Shown here piece by piece: positions 41,681-50,355 of a stretch of DNA of 64,000 nucleotides. Both the position numbers and the translations under genes were made by a program. The notes beneath the pieces are model-generated. The model was not told where the DNA came from and did no database searches. It saw nothing but the letters and a program-made list of their open reading frames with translations. The stretch is from Eubacteriales bacterium (GTDB lineage Bacteria > Bacillota > Clostridia > Oscillospirales > CAG-272), in assembly GCA_034101145.1 (NCBI GenBank), contig JAXEKG010000003.1, forward strand, positions 135,419 to 199,418. Direction: 5' to 3'. Each line of letters opens with the position of its first letter. Positions within the stretch are counted from its first letter, which is position 1.

Positions 41681-43888
41681 GTGAAAAAAACCGTAAAAAT
41701 ACTTTCGGCAATACTTCTTCTCATTCTTTCGGTTTCCATTCTCGCATCGTGCAGCAACACCATTGATTATGCAAACGTAAATCTGAAGAAGTATATAAAA
41801 ATGGAGGACGGAGTGTACGATAATATTCCGCTCTCGCTCACAAACCTCGGCGAGGTTGACGACGCAAAAATACAGGAGTATATCGACAACCTCAGATTCA
41901 GAGACAAAACGATCAAAAAGGTTACCGAAAAAGATACAGTTATAATGGAAAACGATGTGGTAGGCCTCTTTTACAGGCTTACCGTGGACGGTAAAGACTA
42001 TATAGGTAACTTTGATGGCATACTCGGCTATTCATACAATTCTTCCGGACAGCAGGTCGCGAATTATGCGCCCACGACGAATATGAGCTCCGCATCCTCA
42101 ACGTCTATTCTTCTCGGACAGGGCTCGATATCAAAGACGATAGAGCAACAGATTATCGGCATGAAGTTCGGCGATTTCGACTGGACAAAAAGAATTGTTC
42201 GCGGAGACGGAAACGTAGGCGAGGACGACGTAATATACGTCACGTATACCGCCGTATATAAAACCAATATCGGCTCTCAGAAAAACTATGAGGCAGGCGA
42301 ATACACGAGGATGGAAAACGGAGATAAATTCTTCTCCGAGCTTCTCGGTAAAAAAGTCGGCGATACGTTCACCTTCAAGAAAAACATTGAGATAGACGGA
42401 ACCGTACGGGAGGTAGTATACAACGGAACGATTAATTTTGCTTCCAAGGAATACTACAAGCATATAGACGTTACTTTCCCCTCCGATTATTCTGTTGTAG
42501 ACCTGCGCGGAAAGACGGGAACTCTGCACGTCATACTTGATTATATGTACAGCCGTGCCGCCGACGACTATTCAGCCAAACGCGGAGACAATGTATACAC
42601 TTATTACCGCGGAGTTATCACGGGCGTTGCCGACAGCGCAAACAACGCATATATAGGCACCGTTTTCGATTCAAATTACGGCTCGTCGCTTTATAACGTA
42701 ACGATAGGCGCGGGAAATTCAATCGCCGATTTTGAGAACGGATTTATAGGTAAAAAAGCTGCCGACAGTAAAATATCCGACGTTATCACGGACGGAACGG
42801 TCAAGGAGGCGTTTGCCGACGAAGCCGGAAATCTGAAGAGCGGACTCTTTGCCTCCCTTGTCATAGGAGCAAGTTATGTGACTGACGACGGAAACGTCGA
42901 GTATTTGTCCGGCAATGAATACTTTGTAACTACCGACGCAGACGGAAATCCCGACCTTTGCGCAAAGTCGGTGTACGATACCGAGGTTTTCAAGAATATA
43001 GGACTTTACGATATCCTCACCAAGTCGGACGGCAAGCTCAGCGGATTTACGGGTACGAAAACTGTTGAAATCGACGGCGTTGAGCGTGCCGTGAATTACA
43101 GCGGCGGAGTGCGCTTCGTTGTTTCGGCAGACAAGCTGCACGAAGAAAAGATAAACGTCACGTTCCCAAGCGATTATTCATCCCAGGATTCAACTAAATA
43201 TCTCAACGGCGCGAGCGCAACGTTCTACGTGGTCGTAGACCATATAAACGAGTGTGATATGCCCGAGTTCACAGAAGATTACGTCAGGAATACGCTGAAA
43301 TTCTCCTCCGATAAAACGGGAGACGATTATATAGCTGAGTTCAAAGAAAACGTAAAGCAGTATCTTGTCGATACAAACCGTCAGCAGTATCTGGATGAAG
43401 CAAACGACCAGATATGGGACTACCTCATGAAAAACAGTGAGGTGAAAAAATTCCCCAAGGGTAACGTGGAGGAGGAATACGAAGCCGCATATAACGAGTA
43501 TAAGACACAGTATTACAACAATAAAAATCAATACGGGACTTCCTTTACGACCTCATATCCGAATCTGGACTCCTATATAGTCGCCATAGGTTCGATAGAG
43601 GCGGGAACCGCAGGCATCCATGATTATATTACCGGTGTGGCACAGGAAAGAGTTAAGGAAAAACTCGTTATGTATTACATCTGTGAGAAGCTCGACATCA
43701 CGATTTCCGACGAGGAGTTCAGCGAGGGCAAGGCGCAGATTGTCGCGTATTACGCGAACCTTTACGGCATTACCGAGGACGAGGTGAAGGCAAACTACGG
43801 CGACGAGAGCATACGGATGCTTATGCTCAGCAATAAGTTCCTGGAGACTATGTTTGACCGCAATGTCGGAAATGCAACATACAAATAA
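41681..43888 (+). CDS. Lipoprotein with two FKBP-like segments and trigger-factor C-terminal-like domain
   Basis: GTG start 1 nt after the rnhA stop. Lipobox ILAS|C. FKBP-like segments: ENDVVGLFYRLTVDGKDYIGNFDG...IEQQIIGMKFGD and KRGDNVYTYYRGV...IADFENGFIGKKAAD. The C-terminal KEKLVMYYICEKLDITISDEEF is TF-like. Confidence 0.65.
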   Translation: MKKTVKILSAILLLILSVSILASCSNTIDYANVNLKKYIKMEDGVYDNIPLSLTNLGEVDDAKIQEYIDNLRFRDKTIKKVTEKDTVIMENDVVGLFYRLTVDGKDYIGNFDGILGYSYNSSGQQVANYAPTTNMSSASSTSILLGQGSISKTIEQQIIGMKFGDFDWTKRIVRGDGNVGEDDVIYVTYTAVYKTNIGSQKNYEAGEYTRMENGDKFFSELLGKKVGDTFTFKKNIEIDGTVREVVYNGTINFASKEYYKHIDVTFPSDYSVVDLRGKTGTLHVILDYMYSRAADDYSAKRGDNVYTYYRGVITGVADSANNAYIGTVFDSNYGSSLYNVTIGAGNSIADFENGFIGKKAADSKISDVITDGTVKEAFADEAGNLKSGLFASLVIGASYVTDDGNVEYLSGNEYFVTTDADGNPDLCAKSVYDTEVFKNIGLYDILTKSDGKLSGFTGTKTVEIDGVERAVNYSGGVRFVVSADKLHEEKINVTFPSDYSSQDSTKYLNGASATFYVVVDHINECDMPEFTEDYVRNTLKFSSDKTGDDYIAEFKENVKQYLVDTNRQQYLDEANDQIWDYLMKNSEVKKFPKGNVEEEYEAAYNEYKTQYYNNKNQYGTSFTTSYPNLDSYIVAIGSIEAGTAGIHDYITGVAQERVKEKLVMYYICEKLDITISDEEFSEGKAQIVAYYANLYGITEDEVKANYGDESIRMLMLSNKFLETMFDRNVGNATYK

Positions 43889-43914
43889 ATCATTATGCAG
43901 ATGCGACAAAATGA

Positions 43915-43945
43915 ACGGCTGATACGTTTTGTATCAGCCGTTTTA
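43915..43945 (+). terminator. Rho-independent terminator
   Basis: ACGGCTGATAC-gtttt-GTATCAGCCGT followed by TTTT. Confidence 0.85.
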
Positions 43946-43949
43946 ATAT

Positions 43950-43983
43950 AAAAAGCCGGCAGACCGTTTGCGGTCTGTCGGCT
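43950..43983 (-). terminator. Rho-independent terminator of PFOR gene
   Basis: AGCCGACAGACCG-caaa-CGGTCTGCCGGCT followed by TTTTT when read on the minus strand. Confidence 0.85.
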
Positions 43984-43996
43984 GAACTGTTTTTGC

Positions 43997-46900
43997 TTAT
44001 TGTTCTTCGGGAGCGTAGAGGTCTACGAGTTTCAGAAGTCTGTGATACTTAGCCTTTGCGTTTTCCTCGGCTTTAGCGAAGAGCTTTTCTGCTCTTTCGG
44101 GAAATGCCTGAACGAGACGTGCATATCTTGCTTCGCTCTTGATGAAGTCCTGATAATTTGCGGTGGGTTCCTTGGAGTCGAGCGTGAAGGGGTTCTTGCC
44201 CTCTGCCTTAAGAGCGGGGTTATATCTGAACATCTGCCAGTATCCTGCTTCAACGGCGCGCTTCATTTCGAGCTGGCAGTTAGCCATACCGCCCTTTATG
44301 GAGTGCATTTCGCACGGAGCGTAGCCGATAACGATTGACGGTCCATGGTATGCCTCGGCCTCTTTGAGAGCCTTGAGTGTCTGTGCCATATCCGCGCCCA
44401 TTGCAATCTGCGCAACGTATACGTAGCCGTAGGACATTGCGATTTCAGCAAGGTTCTTCTTGCCGATTGCCTTACCTGCCGCAGCGAACTGAGCAACCTG
44501 ACCGATGTTGGACGCCTTGGAAGCCTGTCCGCCGGTGTTCGAGTAAACCTCGGTGTCGAATACCATGATGTTTACGTCTTCGCCGGACGCTATAACGTGG
44601 TCAAGACCGCCGAATCCGATATCGTATGCCCAACCGTCTCCGCCGAATATCCATACGGACTTCTTTGCGAGATACTGCTTGTTCTCGAGAATCTTCGCTC
44701 TGAGCTCGCAGTCACAGTCGCAGCCCTCGAGCATCTTTATGAGAGCTTCTGCGGCAGCGCCGTTCTTTTCTCCGTCGTCCTTGGTTGAAAGGAAGTTGTC
44801 GATGATTGCTTTCTTGTCTGCATCCTCAACCTTTTCGCCGAGCTCGGTTACGTAGCCGATGAGTCTGTTACGGAGAGTCTTCTGGCCTACCATAATACCG
44901 AGACCGTGCTCTGCGTTATCCTCGAAGAGGCTGTTTGCCCATGCCGGACCCTTGAGAGACTCGTGGTTTACGGTGTAAGGAGTTGCAGGTGCCGAACCGC
45001 CCCAGATAGAGGAGCATCCGGTTGCGTTTGATATATACATTCTCTCTCCGAAGAGCTGAGTGATGAGTCTTGCGTAAGAAGTTTCCGCACAGCCTGCGCA
45101 GGAGCCTGAGAACTCGAGGAGCGGCTGCTTGAACTGACTTCCCTTAACGGTAGAGGTTATAAGCTCCTTCTTTTCGGATACGTTTTCTACACAGTAGTCG
45201 AATACCTTCTGCTGAGCTATCTGGCTCTCCTGCGGTACCATTGCGAGAGCTTTCTTGCCGGTGCCGTCTTTTTCACCCTTAGCGTTTACGGGACATGCCT
45301 TTACGCAAAGGGTACAGCCCATACAGTCAAGAGGGCTTACTGCCACTGTGAACTTATAGCCTTCGCAGCCCTTTCCTATCATTTTAGGAGCGAATTTGGT
45401 GTCGGCAGGAGCGTTTGCCGCTTCATCTGCGTTGAGTGCGAAAGGACGGATGGTTGCGTGAGGACATACGTATGCACAGCTGTTACACTGAGCGCAGTTC
45501 TCTGCATACCACGTAGGAACCGTTACGGCAACTCCGCGCTTCTCATATGCTGCCGCACCCTGCGGGAAGGTACCGTCAACGTACTTCTCGAATGCGGATA
45601 CGGGCAGAGAATCACCCTGCATCTTGCCTACGGGGAATACTATCTTGTTAACGAAGTCAACGAGCTCGGGACGCTTGCCGGTTGCTACCGACGCATCTTT
45701 TGTGTCGACGGCGGTTGCCCAGTCTGCGGGAACCTTTACCTCGTGCAGAGCGTCAACGCCCGCATCGATTGCCTTGTAGTTGAGTTCAACTACATCCATA
45801 CCTTTCTTGAGGTAGGACTTCTTTGCCATGTATTTCATGTAGTCGACGGCTTCTGTTATCGGCATAATCTTTGCAAGTGCGAAGAATGCGGACTGAAGAA
45901 TTGTGTTCGTTCTCTTGCCCATACCGATTTCGATAGCCTTGTCGATTGCGTTAACGGTGTAGAACTTGATATTGTTCTTTGCTATGTACTGCTTGGTCTC
46001 TGCGGAGAGGTGAGCGTTGAGCTCCTCGTCGCTCCACTGGCAGTTAAGGAGGAAGGTTCCGCCCGGCTTAACGTCGTTTACAATCTTATAGCCCTTGAGC
46101 ATATAAGAAGGCGTGTGGCATGCGACGAAGTCAGCCTTGGTTATATAGTAGGAGGATTTTATCGGCTTGTCACCGAAACGAAGATGAGATATGGTAACGC
46201 CGCCCGTCTTCTTTGAGTCATACTGGAAATATGCCTGTATGTACTTGTCGGTATGGTCGCCTATAATTTTTATGGAGTTCTTGTTTGCACCGACGGTGCC
46301 GTCTCCGCCCAGACCCCAGAACTTACAGCTGATGGTTCCTTCGGGAGCAGTGTCGTGCGTGAAGTTCTCGTCCAGAGAATGTCCGGTAACGTCATCTACG
46401 ATTCCGAGGGTAAATCCGTTCTTGGGAGCGTCGAGCTTGAGATTCTCAAATGTAGCGAATACGCTTGCCGGAGGAGTATCCTTCGAGCCGAGTCCGTAAC
46501 GTCCGCCGACAATCGTTGCCTTAACGCCTTCTCTTTCGAGCGCGGTAACAACGTCGAGGTAGAGAGGTTCGCCGAGAGCGCCCGGTTCCTTCGTTCTGTC
46601 AAGAACCGCAATCTTCTTTACGGTCTTGGGGAGAGCCTGGGCAAGCTTTTCGGATACGAAAGGTCTGTACAGACGAACCTTAACAAGTCCGACCTTCTCG
46701 CCTTTTGCGGTGAGGTAGTCGATAACTTCTTCCGCAACGTCGCATATTGAGCCCATGGCGACGATAACGCGTTCTGCGTCGGGAGCACCGTAGTAGTTGA
46801 ACAGGCCGTAGTTTGTGCCGAGCTTTTCATTTACCTTGCCCATGTATTCTTCAACGATAGCGGGAAGCGCATCATAATACTTGTTGCAAGCCTCTCTGTG

Positions 46901-47602
46901 CTGGAAGAATATATCGCCGTTCTCTGCGGAACCGCGGAGTACGGGAGTTTCGGGGTTGAGCGCACGGTTACGGAATGCTTTAACGGCATCCATATCAACC
47001 ATATCGGCAAGGTCCTTATAGTCCCATGCCTCTATCTTCTGTATTTCGTGAGAGGTACGGAATCCGTCGAAGAAGTTGATGAACGGAACTCTGCCCTTTA
47101 TGGTGGCGAGGTGAGCTACTGCGCCCAGGTCCATGATTTCCTGCGCATTCGTTTCTGCGAGCATGGCGAAGCCTGTCTGACGGCATGCATATATATCCGA
47201 ATGGTCTCCGAAAATATTGAGTGCGTGCGAAGCTACGCAACGTGCGGAAACGTGGATAACGCAGGGGAGAAGCTCACCGGCAATTTTGTACATGTTCGGT
47301 ATCATCAGCAGAAGTCCCTGAGATGCCGTATAGGTAGTTGTAAGCGCACCTGAAGCGAGAGAGCCGTGAACGGCACCTGCGGCGCCTGCCTCTGACTGCA
47401 TCTCAACAACCTTGACGTTATCGCCGAAAATGTTCTTTGCGGGTTCGCCGAAAATGTTCTTGTTGGAAGCAGACCATGTGTCCGTCACTTCTGCCATAGG
47501 GCTTGACGGTGTGATGGGGTAGATGGCGGCAACTTCCGTGAACGCATACGATACGTGTGCGGCGGCAGTGTTACCATCCATAGAAATTTTTCTTCTTTCC
47601 AT
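43997..47602 (-). CDS. nifJ: Pyruvate:ferredoxin (flavodoxin) oxidoreductase
   Basis: 1201 aa. MDGNTAAAHVSYAFTEVAAIYPITPSSPMAE, two 4Fe-4S CxxCxxCxxxCP motifs and the TPP motif GGDGWAYDIG. Confidence 0.95.
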   Translation of the reverse strand: MERRKISMDGNTAAAHVSYAFTEVAAIYPITPSSPMAEVTDTWSASNKNIFGEPAKNIFGDNVKVVEMQSEAGAAGAVHGSLASGALTTTYTASQGLLLMIPNMYKIAGELLPCVIHVSARCVASHALNIFGDHSDIYACRQTGFAMLAETNAQEIMDLGAVAHLATIKGRVPFINFFDGFRTSHEIQKIEAWDYKDLADMVDMDAVKAFRNRALNPETPVLRGSAENGDIFFQHREACNKYYDALPAIVEEYMGKVNEKLGTNYGLFNYYGAPDAERVIVAMGSICDVAEEVIDYLTAKGEKVGLVKVRLYRPFVSEKLAQALPKTVKKIAVLDRTKEPGALGEPLYLDVVTALEREGVKATIVGGRYGLGSKDTPPASVFATFENLKLDAPKNGFTLGIVDDVTGHSLDENFTHDTAPEGTISCKFWGLGGDGTVGANKNSIKIIGDHTDKYIQAYFQYDSKKTGGVTISHLRFGDKPIKSSYYITKADFVACHTPSYMLKGYKIVNDVKPGGTFLLNCQWSDEELNAHLSAETKQYIAKNNIKFYTVNAIDKAIEIGMGKRTNTILQSAFFALAKIMPITEAVDYMKYMAKKSYLKKGMDVVELNYKAIDAGVDALHEVKVPADWATAVDTKDASVATGKRPELVDFVNKIVFPVGKMQGDSLPVSAFEKYVDGTFPQGAAAYEKRGVAVTVPTWYAENCAQCNSCAYVCPHATIRPFALNADEAANAPADTKFAPKMIGKGCEGYKFTVAVSPLDCMGCTLCVKACPVNAKGEKDGTGKKALAMVPQESQIAQQKVFDYCVENVSEKKELITSTVKGSQFKQPLLEFSGSCAGCAETSYARLITQLFGERMYISNATGCSSIWGGSAPATPYTVNHESLKGPAWANSLFEDNAEHGLGIMVGQKTLRNRLIGYVTELGEKVEDADKKAIIDNFLSTKDDGEKNGAAAEALIKMLEGCDCDCELRAKILENKQYLAKKSVWIFGGDGWAYDIGFGGLDHVIASGEDVNIMVFDTEVYSNTGGQASKASNIGQVAQFAAAGKAIGKKNLAEIAMSYGYVYVAQIAMGADMAQTLKALKEAEAYHGPSIVIGYAPCEMHSIKGGMANCQLEMKRAVEAGYWQMFRYNPALKAEGKNPFTLDSKEPTANYQDFIKSEARYARLVQAFPERAEKLFAKAEENAKAKYHRLLKLVDLYAPEEQ

Positions 47603-47764
47603 TTGTAATCCTCCGTGTTTTTATCTTAAAAGTATTTAGTTAACTTAAAAAACTACATACAAATATATAATATCACCTTTTTTTATAAATGTAAAGTGAT
47701 TTTATCTAACAATTTACGGTTTTTTGATAAAAAAATAACAAAACCTTTTCTCTGATTACGAATA

Positions 47765-47793
47765 TTGACAAGAATGAGTTACTGTTGTATAAT
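47765..47793 (+). promoter_or_regulatory. Consensus sigma-A promoter of trpS
   Basis: TTGACA, 17 nt, TATAAT. The leader is only about 55 nt. Confidence 0.6.
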
Positions 47794-47849
47794 TGTTTTA
47801 TATTTTCGGTGTCTGTTCCGGCATCGTTTAGACAAAGGAAGTAAGAATA

Positions 47850-48848
47850 ATGCTTGACGGAAAAAAGGTGGTTTTCTCGGGCGTTCAGCCGTCGGGAAAT
47901 TTAACGATAGGCAATTATCTGGGTGCGATAAAGAACTTTAACGCTTTTTCGGATGAATACAAGTGCTTTTATTGCATAGCGGATATGCATGCGATAACTG
48001 TAAGACAGGTGCCTGCGGATTTGCGCCGCCGTACGTACGAGACGCTCGCACTCTATATTGCATGCGGACTCGACCCGCATAAAAATACATTGTTCGTTCA
48101 ATCTCACGTGCCTGCTCACGCGGAGCTTGCATGGGTACTCAACTGTTATACCATGTTCGGAGAGCTCTCAAGAATGACGCAGTTCAAGGATAAAAGTTCA
48201 AAGCACGCAGACAATATCAATGCAGGTCTTTTCACATACCCCTCGCTCATGGCGGCAGATATATTGCTGTATCAGACCGACCTTGTTCCCGTGGGAATAG
48301 ACCAGAAACAGCATCTCGAGCTCGCCCGCGACATTGCGACGCGGTTTAACGGAGTATATTCGGACACCTTTGCAATTCCAAACGGATATATACCGAAGAG
48401 CGGAATGAAGATAATGTCGCTCGCCGACCCGACCTCGAAAATGTCCAAGTCAGACCCGAACCCCAATGCAATCGTCCATATACTCGACCAAAAGGACGAT
48501 ATAATACGCAAGTTCAAGCGTGCCGTAACCGACTCCGGCTGCGAAGTGAAGTACGCAGAGGGTAAAGACGGTATAAACAATCTTATGACTATATACAGCG
48601 CCTTTACCGGAAAGAGTTTTGAGGAAACAGAGCATGAGTTTGAAGGACGCGGATACGGCGATTTCAAGATGGCGGTAGGAGAAATATGTTCCGATGCGCT
48701 CGCACCCGTGCGTGAGGAATTCACAAGACTTATGAACGATAAGGCATACCTCGAATCGGTAATGAAGGAGGGCGCGGCAGAGGCATACCGCTGTGCACGC
48801 AAAACCCTTTCAAAGGTTTACCGTAAGGTAGGCTTTGCGCAGATTTAA
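47850..48848 (+). CDS. trpS: Tryptophan--tRNA ligase
   Basis: SGVQPSGNLTIGNYLGA (HIGH-type region), KMSKS and GIDQKQHLEL. Confidence 0.95.
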   Translation: MLDGKKVVFSGVQPSGNLTIGNYLGAIKNFNAFSDEYKCFYCIADMHAITVRQVPADLRRRTYETLALYIACGLDPHKNTLFVQSHVPAHAELAWVLNCYTMFGELSRMTQFKDKSSKHADNINAGLFTYPSLMAADILLYQTDLVPVGIDQKQHLELARDIATRFNGVYSDTFAIPNGYIPKSGMKIMSLADPTSKMSKSDPNPNAIVHILDQKDDIIRKFKRAVTDSGCEVKYAEGKDGINNLMTIYSAFTGKSFEETEHEFEGRGYGDFKMAVGEICSDALAPVREEFTRLMNDKAYLESVMKEGAAEAYRCARKTLSKVYRKVGFAQI

Positions 48849-48907
48849 TGTATTTTCAATATTAAAAACGCTGTTGAATACATAAAAACCGCAAAATTAC
48901 CAATATT

Positions 48908-48944
48908 AAAAGAAACCGTATTGATTGCGGTTTCTTTGTTTTTC
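48908..48944 (+). terminator. Rho-independent terminator of trpS
   Basis: AAAGAAACCG-loop-CGGTTTCTTT followed by GTTTTT. Confidence 0.85.
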
Positions 48945-48972
48945 TTTCAGGCAAAGCAAACAGGACTAAGAT

Positions 48973-49110
48973 TTTGCCTGTTGTCTTTGATAAGGAATGG
49001 CTACGGAGATAGAGAAAACCGATGGTATGAAGTTTTCTTTGCCTGTTGTCTTTGATAAGGAATGGCTGTGGAGATAGCGAAAATCAAATGTATGAAGTTT
49101 TCTTTGCCTA
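48973..49110. repeat. 65-bp tandem repeat, about 2.1 copies
   Basis: TTTGCCTGTTGTCTTTGATAAGGAATGGCT... restarts at 48973, 49038 and 49103. The two full copies differ at a handful of positions. Confidence 0.85.
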
Positions 49111-49133
49111 CTTTCTTTTACAAAAGAAAGTAG
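49108..49133. promoter_or_regulatory. 26-bp near-perfect palindrome abutting the SD of the WecA-like gene
   Basis: CTACTTTCTTTT-AC-AAAAGAAAGTAG (12-bp arms), followed by GGGGGGT and ATG 49145. Function unknown (operator or RNA hairpin). Confidence 0.5.
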
Positions 49134-49144
49134 GGGGGGTAAAA

Positions 49145-50059
49145 ATGGAGATTTTGTGTATTGTGTTCATTTCGGCGTTTGCGGTGTCGCTTGCTCTGAC
49201 ACTTCCGATAGGTAAGGTCGCCGTATATCTGGGTGCGGTTGATATGCCGTGCGGAAGAAAGGTGCATCACAACCCGGTTCCGCGCATGGGGGGTATGGCG
49301 TTTTTTCTCGCCTTTTGTCTTGCCCTTCCTCTGTGCATAAAGCATGCGCCGTTTTTGTGTTACCGAATTTTATGCGGAGGGTGCCTTGTTGTTGCGCTCG
49401 GTATCAGCGACGATATATATACCCTGTCGCCATATGTTAAGCTGCCCGTACAAATAATGGTTGCAACGGTTGCGTTTCTGCTCGGAGCGAGGATAGAGAG
49501 CGTGTCGATATTGGGGAGTGTGTACGTACTTTCGGTACCTGTTTCACTTGCAATCAGCATTTTCTTTATTGTTCTTATGATAAACGCGGTTAACTTTATC
49601 GACGGGCTTGACGCTCTTGCCGTAACGGTATGTCTGTCCTCGGTATGTGCGATAGCTTTTCTGTCGAGGGCGGTGCAGAGCGGAGTTCTGTTCGTCTGTT
49701 GTTCGATGATGGGGGCTCTTTTCGGTTTTTTACCTTTTAATATAAATAAGGCCTCGATATTTATGGGGGATACGGGGTCAACCTTTTTGGGATATGCGCT
49801 CGCCTGTATTGCAATGTCCGCTTTTTCATATGAGATGTCCCCCTCACTCATTTTGTGCGTTGCGGTCCCTGTCATTGATGTCTCAGTCACGTTTCTGCGC
49901 AGAGTTATTCATGGAAAAAACCCCCTGAAAGCTGACAGGGGGCATCTGCATCATTTACTCTATGATATGGGAATGTCACAGTCGGCGGTGGTGTTGCTCC
50001 TGTCGGCACTGTCAGCGGCCCTTGCCACTCTGGGGGTAGCAATAAGACTGTCGAGGTAA
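49145..50059 (+). CDS. Polyprenyl-phosphate N-acetylhexosamine-1-phosphate transferase (MraY/WecA/TagO family)
   Basis: Polytopic. NAVNFIDGLDALA motif, and MGDTGSTFLGY. ATG 49145 has a G-rich SD. Confidence 0.85.
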   Translation: MEILCIVFISAFAVSLALTLPIGKVAVYLGAVDMPCGRKVHHNPVPRMGGMAFFLAFCLALPLCIKHAPFLCYRILCGGCLVVALGISDDIYTLSPYVKLPVQIMVATVAFLLGARIESVSILGSVYVLSVPVSLAISIFFIVLMINAVNFIDGLDALAVTVCLSSVCAIAFLSRAVQSGVLFVCCSMMGALFGFLPFNINKASIFMGDTGSTFLGYALACIAMSAFSYEMSPSLILCVAVPVIDVSVTFLRRVIHGKNPLKADRGHLHHLLYDMGMSQSAVVLLLSALSAALATLGVAIRLSR

Positions 50060-50130
50060 AGCCGTTCTTTATGCAAGACGGCGGGTACTCTCCTTATCGT
50101 CAAGCCCGCGGCGTCATGAGAGGTGTACGC

Positions 50131-50162
50131 AAAACAAAAACCCGGGCACTATTGCACCCGGG
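50131..50162 (-). terminator. Terminator downstream of tRNA-Thr
   Basis: CCCGGG...CCCGGG stem followed, on the minus strand, by TTTTTGTTTT. Confidence 0.7.
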
Positions 50163-50165
50163 ATT

Positions 50166-50241
50166 TGGAGCTACTACCGAGAGTCGAACTCGGGACCTCA
50201 TCCTTACCAAGGATGTGCTCTACCAACTGAGCCATAGTAGC
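50166..50241 (-). tRNA. tRNA-Thr (anticodon GGT), CCA encoded
   Basis: Hand-folded cloverleaf: acceptor GCTACTA/TAGTAGC, D stem GCTC/GAGC, anticodon stem CATCC/GGATG with loop TTGGTAA, T stem CCGAG/CTCGG with loop TTCGACT, then discriminator T and CCA. 76 nt. Confidence 0.9.
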
Positions 50242-50256
50242 GACATTTACCCGATT

Positions 50257-50285
50257 ATTATAGCAAAGTATTTATGCTTTGTCAA
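50257..50285 (-). promoter_or_regulatory. Consensus sigma-A promoter of tRNA-Thr
   Basis: Minus strand reads TTGACA, 17 nt, TATAAT, ending about 15 nt before the tRNA 5' end. Confidence 0.7.
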
Positions 50286-50355
50286 GAGAAAAAACATATT
50301 TTTGCACATATTTTTTCGGGTTATGCCAAGCGGTTTTGATAAAGCGGATACGGTG

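Noticed and set aside
47603-47849. Possible T-box leader upstream of trpS
   Set aside because: A consensus promoter sits only about 55 nt from the ATG. No Stem I motifs or terminator are present.
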